DNA from: Phoronis australis
Taxonomy: Eukaryota > Animalia > Phoronida
DNA: 64,000 nucleotides
Direction of reading: 5' to 3'
NCBI GenBank assembly: GCA_002633005.1
Contig: NMRA01000465.1
Coordinates: 290,440-354,439, forward strand
A program made the translations under genes and the position numbers. Under the pieces are notes generated by a model. That model saw only the letters and a list, made by a program, of their open reading frames with translations. It did no database searches and had not been told where the DNA came from. Below are positions 26,794 through 40,305 of the stretch, piece by piece (the first letter of the stretch is position 1; the number at the start of each line of letters is the position of its first letter).

Positions 26794-28197
26794 AGGCGTA
26801 TATAGGCTAATCGAGCCAGGAACAACGCACTTTTTCTTAGAGAAACGGTAGACGGATTTTCAAAGCACCGAAAGCTGGTCGACACTCCTTTTGTCCCGTA
26901 GCAGGACAGGCATGCCGAGGATGAACAGGAATCGCGATCTTTTTAGTTTGGCGGATCAGAGCGAGACTAAAACTGGGAAAGTTGGCACGCGAGCTGCCTC
27001 GCTCTCTGCCTGCGCGAGACCTGCTGTGCGGAACCTGAGCAGAGATTACACTAATGTGTTCGTCCCCTGTAACAATGTCTCGTGCAAGAAAACTTAGAAT
27101 TCGAATTTATTACATCAAAACATGGGCTTTGGCAACACTGAAGTAAGTTCCAAACCAAACATTAATCACTACAATAAAGAGACAAAATCAGCGCCAATGG
27201 AGCATGAATCACGATGAAATTCCCAACGTGCAACTGAAAATAACACTGATTTTATCTCAGACGAAACTTCAACACTTGTTGGGAGCTTTTCAAAAAAGTC
27301 TTGGATTTTCTCACATGAATGTGCTTTTCTTTTGCTTTTATTTTTGCAAGAACCTGCGAGGCAATGATCGTCAACCTCCTTGTTCAACCACGTAACTGCA
27401 GTTTGGTCTTCCAGGAAAGTCAGGGCAGGGGCCCGCCCCCTGGCTGCCGCAAAAATGAAACAGCAAGAGCGTGAGGAATATTGTAACACCGGTAATTCAC
27501 TTGCCGTTTAAAGGGGGGGGGGGGGGGGGACTCNTGTAGGGGGTCGAGGGGGTTATAGAACAATCCCTTCTTTAATAGTTTGAACTGTTTTGCTAAAGAG
27601 TTTAGCAACGACATCGAGACTCACGCTGGTGAATACACTAAAATGGGGTATAGCATGACATTTCTATTCGAAATCCAAGCTCTGCATTCTTGGATAGAAT
27701 CGCAATATCTAACAATTTTTTCACGCTAACGAAAATGACCTATAAGTAAGCTTATGAAGTTACTTAAAGCACATCTTTGAACATACCAGATATTGTTAAA
27801 AGTGACTTGTTATGGGTTGACTTTTGTGCGATAACTAAAAGCAATTGTGATACGGCTTACGTTTATGTGTATAGCGTATTCACATATTGACATGGCTAAA
27901 AAGACTAAATTTTTCTGTACCATGGCGGTAGATGGTAAAACATAAATTTATTTCCTCTAAAAATCAACAGCTAATATACCTTGTTTTTGTACTTCAGGTC
28001 AGGACAATGAGTCGAAAATTTGGCCATTAATACATGTACCATCTTCCTATTTGTATTTTTTGTTCACCAGTATGTTATTTGAGTGTGTGTGTACATGTAT
28101 GTACTTTAGTATCTGTTTGTTTTGAAAGGTATGGCCCCATTGTACTAGAACTAATCAAACCCGATCATTTCTGCGATATTTGATTATTTCATTTCAG

Positions 28198-28272
28198 TAC
28201 TTCCACCTGAAAGACAACTAATTGGTGGTAGACGGACTACAGAACATGGCGGATTGCCTACACAAGGTGAAA
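28198..28272 (+). CDS. Gene 1 probable linker exon G
   Basis: Acceptor ttatttcatttcag, donor A|gtaagt; 75 nt, phase 1-1, open. Reads VLPPERQLIGGRRTTEHGGLPTQGE. No domain homology, so it rests on splice signals only. Confidence 0.55.
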
Positions 28273-31200
28273 GTAAGTAAATGTACACATCTCAATGCTA
28301 TATCATATACGTTGGGTTATGAATCCACAAACTCCTCTTATCATTTCTGCAGTCACGTGCTCTTTTCTATATGAGTTACATGTAACCTGTGGGTGGTTTG
28401 CACGTTTGCAGATGGCATCAGACAACACAGCAAATCCTCATATGGATAATGGCTATTTGTGTGCTAAAATGGTTACCTAAAGAGTTGTCCTTTGTAACCA
28501 ACATTAAGATCGAAATCAATCTAAGCTAAGACCGAAAGTTACGGTGTTAAAGAGTGCCCTTGAGATTGTAATTTTGGTCTAAATGGCCAAAATTAAAGAT
28601 TATCGTCACTGCAAGTTGTTGAAGAACTAATTTCGTTGATTTTTTTCCCCAAATTATGTCAATTTGAAAATTGCTTTCTATTCGAGAACCGGTAAAGGGG
28701 GCACGGTAGACTCAAACAGGCAAGTGCGACTTTCGGGAACATGTGGAATTGATGATATTTCCAGACATTCCAAGGGTTTCGTACGTAAACGAAATCCCAA
28801 CTGTATCCAAAATGTTGCAAATAAATCCCCATTCTTGTCATTTAGAGTTTCAAGGCCACGATTATTACCGGCATTGAAACCATGCTTCACAAGCCACATA
28901 GTATTTTGAATTCGTAACAGGTGGAGAAAGCGAGGTTTATAAGCCGACCTATGTCAAATCTTGGATTGATTTATGTCCCAATTAGGACCCAAGACCAAAA
29001 AATCCTTTGTGTTCTGAAAAGGTATTTACGTAACTTCCGTCTTCGATCTCAACTTATCCGGCATTTCGATTTTAAAGATGCTATGTCATTAAAACCGTGA
29101 ATATTCAAATTTGTAGCAAGCGCCACCTAGTGTTTTCCTAGAGAGCTGTGTGTAATGGTGTTTACTTGCGGTTTAAAAAAACACCACAACTTATACACCT
29201 AAAAAAGAAATGTAAACATGTAAAACCCCTTGTAATTCCAAAATTAACCTAATTGTCGGGTTCATTATGCCCAAATTTTGACATTCGTTGGATTTTTTGG
29301 GGGAAAGTGGAAATTATGCATTGTTGGAAACCGCATGGAATGATGAATCAGAAAATAATTGATTTCATTGTGTCGGTGGCCATCTTGGCGGCCATCTTGA
29401 ATTTTCAAAAATGGCGCCGGTAAAATTGATTTTGCCCAATATATCCGCCCTTGGGTCACTGCGAACCTTAGTTTTTATGGCTACACCTGCAGTTCTGAAG
29501 TCAATGAATTGGAAATTTTAATTTTAGCGGCGGCCATCTTGGTGACCATCTTGAAATTTCAATATGGCGCCCGTGAAATACATTTTGCTCAGTATTTCTG
29601 CCCTTGAGTCACTTAGAATGTTAGTTTTAATGGCTGCACCAACATTTTGTGGGGTAAGGAATTGAAAAACACTATTTTAAAATGATACTTATAATCTAAA
29701 TGATTTTAATAGCAAATACGAACCCCCAGAATATTTAAAGGAATTCAGGAAACGCAGATTAACCTACATGTGTATATCTATATCTTTTTGGAAAGATATT
29801 TGATACATATCTTTTGAAGTTTTCGTTATTATTCCCACTGTTCACTTTGGAATCCAGTTCTCAATGGAAATACATTTTGCCTTTGACAGTCGGACGGCAG
29901 ATAAGCTTGGCCGTAACCAGGCTGAAGATCAATGACGAGTACAACAGGAGTTGTAGCCTGCTGGGCATGCTATCAGTCCCCATGAACCTAACACCAAGAG
30001 CAATCTTTGCTGCCAGTGGGGCATTGCTGTCATGCACAGACAAATCGAATCGAATCCACCTTCTGCAGAAACTTTCCGTAGCAGACGTCTTAGAACAGGA
30101 TAGTCCTCAAGCTGCAAGAGATGTTTTAGACCCAAAAAACACATAAACAAGTAACAACATCCAATGAGTGTGTTCACCCAAGCCACAGAACTGCACGTGC
30201 GAATAGTATGGAAGTGATTTTCTTAACTAGAGATTATGACAAAATCATTCTGGTTTTAGACACCCATAATGACAACTCTTTGAAACAAGCCACGAGAGAA
30301 AAAAGGAGGCAGAGAAAGGGTCAAGTACAGAACCTGATAAGAGATGAGACTTACATAAAGATCATCCCAATGAGCCGCTTCCTCTCCCATGACCAAAAAA
30401 GGCTCAAATTACTGAATATCTTTCTGCAAAGATACTTAAGTATAATAAAGACTCGGCCAAGATAGCCATTACTTTAGCTACAGGATGCACAAAGAGCAAC
30501 CGACGTGATCTACGCTTAGAAGAAAACGATCACAAAAAAGCAGTTGTATTGCTAATGCACTGTTCATCATGCACTTCTGGCATCACATCAAAAGTTCCCT
30601 GATTCTCAGGTGATGTTTTGTTTTCACCTGACATAGATTTACTGGTACTCGTCACTACCTATTATTACAGGCTTCTCAGAAGATTTTCAGTCCCCATGGC
30701 ATCTGGGATTGTGGACGTGAATCCAATATGGGCATCATTAGGTGCTGTCCGGGCAAAGGCTCTTCCTGCTTTCCATGCTTTTACATGGACAGACAACACT
30801 GGTCCATTCTGTAGGTTGAATATATATTTGAAGGCAGACACCGATAATTTCAATGCACAGCAGACTTTTTGTACTGCTTATGAAGTAAAAAAAACAAAAA
30901 AAAAATGCAGGTGGTCTGATGTCATTTGCGGTGCATCAGACGTGCGCAGGCCTCATGGTTGGGCCCATTGCACAAGACACCTGAGCAAGGGCACGAGACC
31001 GCAATTATGGCTCCTCGTGAAGAAAGTTTTCAAGTCTGCCAGTCTCCTTTAGGAAAACGGACAGACGTTTCCATTTGTTGCCATGCGCTATATGTTGTAG
31101 GCATGTAACAATGCCATCCAGTAGGTTGCTCCGTAGCCTATAAAAAGCTGGGCAAGACTCTACCAGGTGTTTAGGCGATTCTACGTCAGTACCACACTCG

Positions 31201-31328
31201 GGACACACAGGGCTCCCCATATGCCCAGTAATGTGTCTGTGTCGGGCTAGGTTGCAGTGGCCCGTCAAAATTTGAATGACGTGTCTTATACCCAATCTAT
31301 CTAGACTCAGAAGGCTTTTTGAACCTTT

Positions 31329-31889
31329 NNNNNNNNNNNNNNNNNNNNNNNNNNNNNNNNNNNNNNNNNNNNNNNNNNNNNNNNNNNNNNNNNNNNNNNN
31401 NNNNNNNNNNNNNNNNNNNNNNNNNNNNNNNNNNNNNNNNNNNNNNNNNNNNNNNNNNNNNNNNNNNNNNNNNNNNNNNNNNNNNNNNNNNNNNNNNNNN
31501 NNNNNNNNNNNNNNNNNNNNNNNNNNNNNNNNNNNNNNNNNNNNNNNNNNNNNNNNNNNNNNNNNNNNNNNNNNNNNNNNNNNNNNNNNNNNNNNNNNNN
31601 NNNNNNNNNNNNNNNNNNNNNNNNNNNNNNNNNNNNNNNNNNNNNNNNNNNNNNNNNNNNNNNNNNNNNNNNNNNNNNNNNNNNNNNNNNNNNNNNNNNN
31701 NNNNNNNNNNNNNNNNNNNNNNNNNNNNNNNNNNNNNNNNNNNNNNNNNNNNNNNNNNNNNNNNNNNNNNNNNNNNNNNNNNNNNNNNNNNNNNNNNNNN
31801 NNNNNNNNNNNNNNNNNNNNNNNNNNNNNNNNNNNNNNNNNNNNNNNNNNNNNNNNNNNNNNNNNNNNNNNNNNNNNNNNNNNNNNNNN
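31329..31889. other. Assembly gap (N run)
   Basis: Run of n; hides the junction between the Kolobok-like insert and the LINE. Confidence 0.99.
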
Positions 31890-32648
31890 CTGCTTAGAGG
31901 CTCTGGACTGGAGAAAACAGCACAGGGCGAATCACTACTGGTTCCAGGAATTGCACGCTCTGGGGTACGTTCGGAGGCACGGGTGACAGTAGATGAAGTG
32001 CCTCCACTGGCTCCAGTCACTGTACTGGCCACAGCTCGCGAGGCTTCTTGCTTCAAATACGCACTTCTCGGGGGTGGCGACGGGGCACTGTCGGGAATCA
32101 ACACAGACGGAATGGCATCCTTCTTTAGACGTTGTTTTGCAGGGCCCATCATCAGTTCAGCGTACAAATCCCTTTCGTAATCGGACGGCAGATAGTGCTT
32201 GCCACACACACGGTAATTCTCCACTGCTTTGTACGTTGCGTGGACGGGTAACGCTGCGTTCTTCACACGAACGAGCCAAGTACGGCGAAGTGTGTCATCC
32301 ATCGGAAAGCGATGTAAAGGTACTCCCAAAACGCGCGTGAGCCGATAATTAGTACATCCTGGTATGCAGCAACAGTGTGGCATGTTGACTGACTAGTAAA
32401 TGAAAGCAAACGACGACGGAACTCAACACAACCGAGGTAGAACAATGACTGACTCGGCAGCTCTCACAGTCAGACTATATTAAAAGAAATTGGCACGAAA
32501 TGCTTGCCTCCTAAAACGTCACTTCCGGAGTAGCGGACGAGTAACTAATAAAATTACCAAAAGCTGTAATTAAGTGGAAAATATGTCTAGGATAACCAAC
32601 CAACCTTATTTTAGCTCAAAATGACATGGAAAAAGGTTGCCTTCACCT
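31890..32648 (-). mobile_element. Kolobok-like DNA transposon end carrying an intact THAP domain, inserted in the LINE RNase H
   Basis: Terminus TTAA|AGGTGAAGGCAACC (TTAA at 32649-32652). ORF from 32383 reads MPHCCCIPGC...HRFP....RRTWL...RVCGKHY...RLKKDAIPSV and runs into the gap. Confidence 0.75.
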
Positions 32649-34537
32649 TTAACACAATGAGAGTTGACCCTTAGTTTCTTTAGGGCTTTTATTGCTGCCT
32701 GGCTATCTCAAAAGATGGTAATTGGCCGATTGCCAAGATCAGTGTTATATTGTTGTGCCAGTTGAGCAGCTGTATTAATTGCAGTGATCTCAGCCTGAAA
32801 CACCGTGGCAAGATTGCCCAACGATACCCAGTTTTCTGCATCTGCAACAGGAAGGCTTGGAAAGTAGACCCCAGCACCTGTCTGGCCATTTTCCAGTTTA
32901 GAGTCGTCCGTATAACAAACCACCTCATTCTTGTGTTCTGCGGTAGGCCATCCATCGCCAATTTCCGTGAAGAAATTGTTAGTATGAAAAAAGCTGTGAC
33001 CTGGACATCACTAGGCATGTTCCATAGTTGCCCAGTCTTGGCCATTAGCTTATTACAAACATTCCTGTGGCTTCTGTGTGCAACGGAGTCAGGGATGTTA
33101 GTTTTCACCCACTGACCATAATATTTGAGACGAAGTGCAGCACATGCAGCTTCACCCTCAAGGTATATGTTCAGTGGTGGTAGACCGATTAGCATTTCTA
33201 GGGCTGCAGAAGGCGTTCCTGGAAAAGCAGAGGTTATGCACAGACAAGCTAGACGTTGCAGCTGTCTAAGTTTGTTGATAATTGTAACCTGTTTTAATGC
33301 CGTTACCCATATCGACGAAGCATAGGACATTATAGGTCGGATAACAGCAGTATAAATCCAGAACATATTCTTGGGAGACATTCCCCAAGTTTTACCCACC
33401 ACACGACTGCATCTCACCAATGCAGATTTGGCTTTTGAGAGTCTGTAATATGCGGGGTCCAGGAAAGACGATGGTGTAAAATGACACCTAAGTAAGTCGC
33501 CTTGTCTACAAGATCAAGATGTTTACCATTCAGCGTTCAAGGCCTCATTGACCATTTAAGCTTCCAAGTGAACATAATCACCTTTGTTTTGCTACCACTA
33601 ATTTCTAAGCCGACTGACTTAGCCCATGTTGCTGTTGTATTCAGTGCTCTTTGAGCAAGATAGCGACATGTGTCAGGATCGATGCTTCACTCACTGAGAA
33701 CAATATCATCTGCATAGGCTTGAACATACAAGCTTGGACCCATGTCAGTAGATAATTGTCGAAGCAAACCATCCATAACCATGTTAAAGAGGTTGGGTGA
33801 GGCAGCGCCACCCTGAGGTGTTCCTCTGGTGATGCGAACCGCCACTCTCATATTGTCTAAACAAGCAGTCACAGATTGACTTCCTAGCATGTTAAAGATC
33901 CACCTGGTAAGACACCTATTCACTTTAAAGAGGTTCAGTGCAATTCGAATCGCATCATGCTTAATATTGCTGAAAGCACCAACAAGATCAATTAAGGCAC
34001 AGAGGGCAAATTGTTTATTAAAAACAGCCCTTTCCAGTCTAGCAACCAGATGATGTAGAGCGGTCTCCGTAGAGAAGCCAGGCCTACAAGCATACTGATT
34101 GTTCTGACGTTTGTTCTGTATTCCTTGTTTATCAAGATGTCACAGAATGAGCCTTCCCAGTCCTTTGAGAAGAAAGGATGTTAAGGTTATAGGCCTAAAT
34201 GATTCAGCCAAAAGGTATGAGTTCTTCCCTGGTTTAGGAATGAAGACCAACCTAGCTTCAGTCCAAATCTTAGGGATATAACCTAGTCAAAGACTGGCTT
34301 TGTAAGTTGCTGTAAGTATATGGAATAGTGGTATCCCAGCTTCTTGCAACATTATAGGATATATCATGTCTAGTCCTGGGGTCTTCCATGGTTTAAAAGA
34401 CTTTAGAGCTAACTCCACGAGATGTGGTGTGGCTATGTTTTCAACATCAGCATAAGCTAGTGGTTCACACTCCTCGGAGTCTGTCACTTTTGAATATTGG
34501 TTCGACAGGTTTACACTATCAGGATAGTGCTTATCCA

Positions 34538-35746
34538 TCATGACTTCGAGTGTTTCCTCAGCGGAGCGTGTGTATGAGCCATCCTCTTTTTGAATGACCT
34601 CGAGTGATTCTTCTTAAGCAATTGGATCAGCCTTGCAGATGCAGAGAGGCTGTTAGTTTGCTGACAGAAATTCCTCCAGGAATTGCACTTTGCTTTGCGT
34701 GTGGCAGACTTAAACATACGATAGGCAAGATGATATGCATCCCAGCACTCGTCAGTGTGAGCCCGAATTGCTGCTCTGTGAGCTTTACGTGCCTTACCCC
34801 GAAGTGCTGCCAGTTCTTTGGTCCACCAAATCTGTTGTTTTGGTTTCCCAGTGACCTTAATACAGCGTTTGGGGCAGGAAACATCTAGTGACTTGGTCAG
34901 GGCATTGTTTATGTCATCTGCCAATTTGTTAACATCAGAACGAGTCCTGATATTTGTTATTCCTAGAGTAGAAAGGAGTTTGGAAACCTTTGAACGATAG
35001 AGTTCCCAGTTCACCTTATTGGTGTACCTATACTCAGTAAATAGTGGAACAACGAAAGTCGCCACTTCAAACCTGATGTATCTGTGGTCAGATAAAGAAG
35101 GTGCAGAATCCACTCTCCAATTAGTTACCACATCAACAGCAGGCAAATTAACCAGAGTAAGGTCTAGAACCTCCTGCCGGTTTCTGACAACAAATGTGGA
35201 CTCATGGCCCTTGTTGCATATTAAAAGTTGTGAGCTGACAATAAACTCTAGAAATGCCTCACCTCTTGTGTTGGTGTTAGTGCTGTGCCACAGCTCGTGA
35301 TGTGAATTGGCATCACAACAGATAACCAAAGGGATATTCTTGGCTCTGCAGTGATTGGTGATTTGTTGCAGTTTAGCTGGGGGTGGGTTCTCGGCGGAGT
35401 CCCCTGGCATATAGGCTGAGACCCACCATACTGTGCATATTAGACCATTTGGTCTTAATGTATCACAGTAGACTGCCACAGTGTCCCTGTCACAAAACTC
35501 AGGAAGGATTCTTGAGGTTATGTCCTTGGATACCTGAATCGCATCCCTGGGCTTGATGTTGTTACCCAGTGAAGCAATATAAGATTTGGCATTCCTAGGA
35601 GTGTTCATCATCGCGCTTCCCTGACAGCACGGCTCTTGTACAAAGGCCATGAATAGGGTATTGCGCTCAAGCGTCTGCTGCAGAAGCACTGATGGGTTGT
35701 TGGCCCGGTGTAGATTTATCTGCCAGATTTTAACCTCATGATTCAT
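34538..35746 (-). pseudogene. LOA-type ORF2 N-terminal part (AP endonuclease), frameshifted before RT
   Basis: 402 aa ORF with APE motifs; RT and RNase H continue in broken frames down to about 32650. Confidence 0.85.
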
Positions 35747-35960
35747 TTCATCATGTTAAGAATATACCAGTGACTTTCTATCCAGACTCCACATCACTCG
35801 TGAGTGGGGAAGGAGCCAGAGAAGATTCGTCATTGGATGGCACAGGTTCAGAAGCCTCAGCAACATTCTCTACCTCAGTCGTTTCATCACCCAGGTCCAT
35901 TTCTGCTGACTTTGTGGTGGGCACACAGTCAGCTTCCATGTCCGAGGTTGATATCCCTTC

Positions 35961-37043
35961 TTAGGCCTGGACAGAAGCTTTGGCCCACTTACTGCTTTTG
36001 TCCCTAGCTCTAAAAAGCACACGCCCAGCAAAGCCACACCAGGGACGAAAATCCATCCCCCGGAGAACCTGCCAAGCGGACTCTTCAAAGGCTAGGACAA
36101 TGGTGAATCCCTTAGAGAGATATTTTGACGTTGGTTCGATGGCAGTCATTGACACCATATGAACCTTTGTCATATCCAGGTCATCGTTGCACTCCTCATC
36201 CTTATTAGAGGCAACTTCCTCTGACACATGAAAGAAGGCCTTGAACACAGGAGGTAGATCGCCTGGACCCATCACGTGGTACCCTGACCTGTGAGAGTCA
36301 GAACCATCAGGAGTAAGTTCCTTACACTCAAGTTTGACCCAGTCACAGGCAATCGCCAGTTTGCCCTTTTCAAGTCTCACTGACTTAATATGAAGCGGTA
36401 CACGGGGTCTCTGAGGTTTGACAAATGCCATCTGTAGTCGGCGCTTCAGACGCTTAGCCTCGTCCTCATTTAGTGGTGGCTCACCAGCCTTTGCAGCCAC
36501 AAAGACACTAAGACCTTTCTTAGCCACGCTAGCATGAGGTAGTTTATCCACTTTAGCCACTTTGGTGGGTGGTTTTGAGGATGTCCCAGGAGTCGAGCTG
36601 TCAGACTTAGGGCTCTTAACACCCTGCTGAACATCGATTTCTAGGTTTTCAAGCTTCTTCTGTGCCGCCTGGTTATCCCGCTTTGTCTTCCGCCTAGCAC
36701 CAGCAGAGAGACGGTGGGAGCTGCCATCAGGCCCAGTTGAAGTCTTTCCACCACCATTCGATCCGTGAGGAGTGTCCGGGGCAGGTTTGGGGTTCGCGTC
36801 AGCAGCCAACCTAGCCGCTTTCACAAGCTTGGTAATCTCACTTTCCACTCTTATAGAAGAGTCCAGTGATTTCCCAGAGCAAGCGTCCACAGTAGGGGGT
36901 GCTTCCACTTGCCTTATAGAATCTCCTAGGGAGGAGTCTTTGAGGCGGACGTCCATGGCCGCAAAGACCACATTCGACTGCCCTGTGCGCTGGTCACTTG
37001 AACCCTGACCAGGGTGGGTTATTGGTTTTCGCTGTGGATCCAT
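35961..37043 (-). CDS. LOA-type retrotransposon ORF1 (gag-like)
   Basis: 360 aa open frame directly upstream of ORF2; basic low-complexity N-half (LSAGARRK) and a C-terminal domain resembling DUF4780-type ORF1s. Confidence 0.75.
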   Translation of the reverse strand: MDPQRKPITHPGQGSSDQRTGQSNVVFAAMDVRLKDSSLGDSIRQVEAPPTVDACSGKSLDSSIRVESEITKLVKAARLAADANPKPAPDTPHGSNGGGKTSTGPDGSSHRLSAGARRKTKRDNQAAQKKLENLEIDVQQGVKSPKSDSSTPGTSSKPPTKVAKVDKLPHASVAKKGLSVFVAAKAGEPPLNEDEAKRLKRRLQMAFVKPQRPRVPLHIKSVRLEKGKLAIACDWVKLECKELTPDGSDSHRSGYHVMGPGDLPPVFKAFFHVSEEVASNKDEECNDDLDMTKVHMVSMTAIEPTSKYLSKGFTIVLAFEESAWQVLRGMDFRPWCGFAGRVLFRARDKSSKWAKASVQA

Positions 37044-40000
37044 ATAGCAAGTATAGGTTATGATTCAGGTCTGCATCCCATTCACCCTATCCATAGGGTG
37101 CCAACAAAGCCCACCCAAAGGCTTTCCTGCATCCGCAAACCTATAGGATCTGACACTGGTCTCAACAGCTCCCTCCCCTGGTTCCTCCAAGCGAGCATAT
37201 GACCCCCAGCGAAAGGGCTTCTGCTGCAAATGGACTACCCAGGTTCAGCATGTCTACCTCCAAGTCCCAGAACCTCGCAACCTCCCAGGGCTAACCGTGC
37301 TCTAGTGCAACAGGCGCTACTCCGTGCACCCCGGTTTGCCCAAGATTACTTGATAGGCAAAGTTCTGTGTTGTTTACCACCAGCCGCAACTGGCTTAAGA
37401 CTCAAGAACCAGGGTATTAGTTCTCAAGGGTTCCCGTGTCACCTGACCGGAGACAAGGGGTATCAACCGGACCCGAAGAGGTCAAAGTCAAGATACTCCT
37501 GACCAGCCGCCCCATAGGGGGATGATTGGGTTAGAGAGGCCTCCCACTCTAGAGCCACTGATCAATCACCCGAGAAAAGAGAATGCTTCCAACAAGGTTT
37601 TCGGCATCTCATATCGTTCGAAACAACAGTGGCTGCTAAAGACAGAAAACCCCCTTCCGCAACCCGATCCCGCACAGTTTAGTCTGAGTAAACCCAGTCC
37701 ATGTGTTGCCGCGTGGAGGCACTGCACGACTCTTGTTGTGGGAGAAGCTATGTACTGACAGTCGAACTGAACAGCGGCGGAAGCTGAAATCAGAGCACTA
37801 AGCAGAGCTAGATACTACTACTAACTACACTACCACACTAGACGCTAAGCACCACAACCTGTGGTCGAAACCACCAACACACAAGTAACAGGTGAACCTC
37901 TTTTCACATTAGCGCCTTTTACATGTGTATAATCACCACAGGGTATAGAAACAAATAGCATCCCAGAGCTGAGATGGTACCTCTTCTGTAAACGTATGGC
38001 TGACAGCGACAACGCTCCACCAGTCGTTGGTGCTTTGAAACAGCATGTGCTGAGGATGTTTATTCAATCCAGAGTGTGGGGCAAGGCTGTCACTGCTCTA
38101 CTGCAGTTTCTTGACTCATTACCGAATGAATTTACAAGGACAAAGATGACCAACTGAAGCATTCACAACTGAGGAGCTTCCTGCGCCAGAGGCTATCACT
38201 GAGATGGTTAGATGCCAATGCAAAAACAATTCCTCTTCTCAAAGATGCTCTTGACGATGTAAGGACCTTTTTTACACTGATCTATGTCAGTGTACTGCAG
38301 AATATCAGAATGGTGATGATGATATGATTCCAGGTGACAGTGATGGCTATAGTAATGATCTATAGACTGATTTCAATGTTTTGAAAACTATTGACACTAA
38401 AAACATACTTTCGTGTTCTTCAAACATGAATAAGTTGTTTATGTACTGGTTTAGTTTTAAGTGTCTTGAAGGTAACAAGCTCCGAACAAAATATACAAGA
38501 AAATAAGATATTGATTATGTGTCGGATAACACGAAGAATGCATTTAGAAAATGTGGCTGCTCATAAATGGGGTTTTGATTATGTTTCTCATTTAATAAGT
38601 TGCGTTTTCAGATCTCTTGACCACAAAAATGTGGGTGAAGACATTAAAACTAACACTCTAAGTGACCCAAGAGCAATTAAGATACTGAGGAAAATTTATT
38701 TTACGGGCGTCATTTTTAAAAATCCAAGATGGCCTCCAAGATGGCCGCCAAAAATGGAATCAATTATTTTCTGATTTGCCATTCCATAAGGTTTCCAAAA
38801 ATGTATAGTTTCCAGTATCCCCAAAAATTCCAACAAAATTACACAACAAACCTGACTATAATCGATTTTACGTAATGAAATAAACAAAATCATAAACACT
38901 GCATCTTGTTTCATTAGGGTAACGATAAGGCTGTGGGGCCGTTTCAAGAATTTGGACAAGAAGTGAGTGCAAACTCGGGAAACGCCAATTCGCTGTCTTT
39001 GCAGCTGCAGTCGGAATCTGAATTACCGCCATGCACGAAGACGTTTGGCCCAAAAAAGTTATATGCCCTCTTTGTTCTTTTGGCCGGCATCGGTTCTTCG
39101 CCCGCCATGATGAGATATTACCACACTCATTTACATAAAAGAGTCTCTCAAAATGAGACTTTCATGAGAATATAATGGTGACTGGTTCTCGGATAGTTTC
39201 CGGCACACTGGAGTGCCTGAGGTTGTTTGTAAATTAATACACCATTCGCATATTTACAGTTTAATGGCTATGCCCCTGGAGGAAGTTTTCCGATAAGCAA
39301 AATTGATTAAACACAGGACACTTTTCGTTATTAACGCAGTGGCGGATCTAGGTCACCATAAGTGGGGCCCATTATGTTACCTCCGGGTATTGGGCAAAGC
39401 GCAAATGCACGTGCACTGGCACAGGCAGCCTGGAAGTTGAAAAGCTATCGGTGGACTAAAAGAAGGGACTCGATGACACGATTCCACCGTGGTCTGGAGT
39501 ATGAGCCCCCCTCCCTCGTCCTCTACCGGTTATAGTTACTGAACTCAATATTTCCTGACGCTTCACGCTGTTGCTGTTTCATTTTGCTTGCGACAACCAA
39601 GGGGGGAGGGGGCGGGCTCCTTGCCCCCATAAATCCGCCTATATAACAGTCGTTTTCCGTTCCTTTCGTGTGCTCGGAATAAAACTCTACACTGAACTGA
39701 ACATTGGTGAAGTAACTGACCAAAAGACATGATTAAAAGGTACACGATATTTCGCAACATACTGATTTCATTCTTAAGTGGAAATAACACGACGCTGTAA
39801 TGTCACCACAGAGCATAAACCGGCGACATGCACAGTGGGACAAGCAGGTGTGAAATACTGCAAAGCATGACAAATGAAGGGGGTAACAGGACAGTCATGC
39901 AAACAAGTGTAACGTGTAGCAAGACCAAGTATGCTGCTCATTCAAAACAAGACTGCAATACTTTCAATTGCACAGTGTGGTGCTGAGAAATCAACATTGA

Positions 40001-40305
40001 CAAATAAACAGCAGGTGTATTACCCGTTAAGTTAATTCCCTGAATTAAATGTTCCTCTTACATCGCACGAGGCAATAACTTGGAAAACGGTAAAATTTGC
40101 ATGAACTCAAGATTTGATTATTAATTTTCACCTAACTAATCGAACATGTGTTTTAAACGTGAGAACTTATCTACATACTTATGAATGTGGAAATTATCTT
40201 CATACACTTGTTAGGTGAGAATACTCACGACACCTATTTCAAAGATTCAACAATTAAGGACCCTCTCATTGTTGTTGAAATCTGTATTTCTTTCTTAATT
40301 TGCAG

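Larger units (their letters stand above)
30889..37882 (-). mobile_element. Near full-length LOA/R1-group non-LTR retrotransposon (ORF1, APE, RT, RNase H, CCHC)
   Basis: AAGTAA duplicated at 30883-30888 and 37883-37888. Motifs QINLH/QEP/DANSHH/SDHRYI, GTPQGG..SP, YADD, YTDDSK...VFQAEI, DSQAAIKAL, LTGHC...CPEC...H...C. Has frameshifts and stops. Confidence 0.9.
29253..38858 (+). mobile_element. Academ (AcademX-type) DNA transposon, decayed and internally deleted, split by a LINE
   Basis: Long imperfect TIRs (about 29253-29670 vs 38600-38858); right end reads TAGTCAGG on the minus strand; TAA on both flanks. Remnants of the XPG-like domain (SPDIDLLVL, KALPAFHAFT, LRWYLF, ALKQHVLR..IQSRVW) and a Cys-rich finger (EMVRCQCK...RCS...TDLCQC). 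Confidence 0.75.

Noticed and set aside
27998-28069. Possible extra phase 1-1 exon (GQDNESKIWPLIHVPSSYLYFLFT)
   Set aside because: The splice signals are plausible, but the peptide is T-rich and intron-like with no domain similarity, so it is not supportable without cDNA.
31276-31986. Long ORFs spanning 31.3-32.0 kb in the ORF track
   Set aside because: Artefacts of translation through the N gap.
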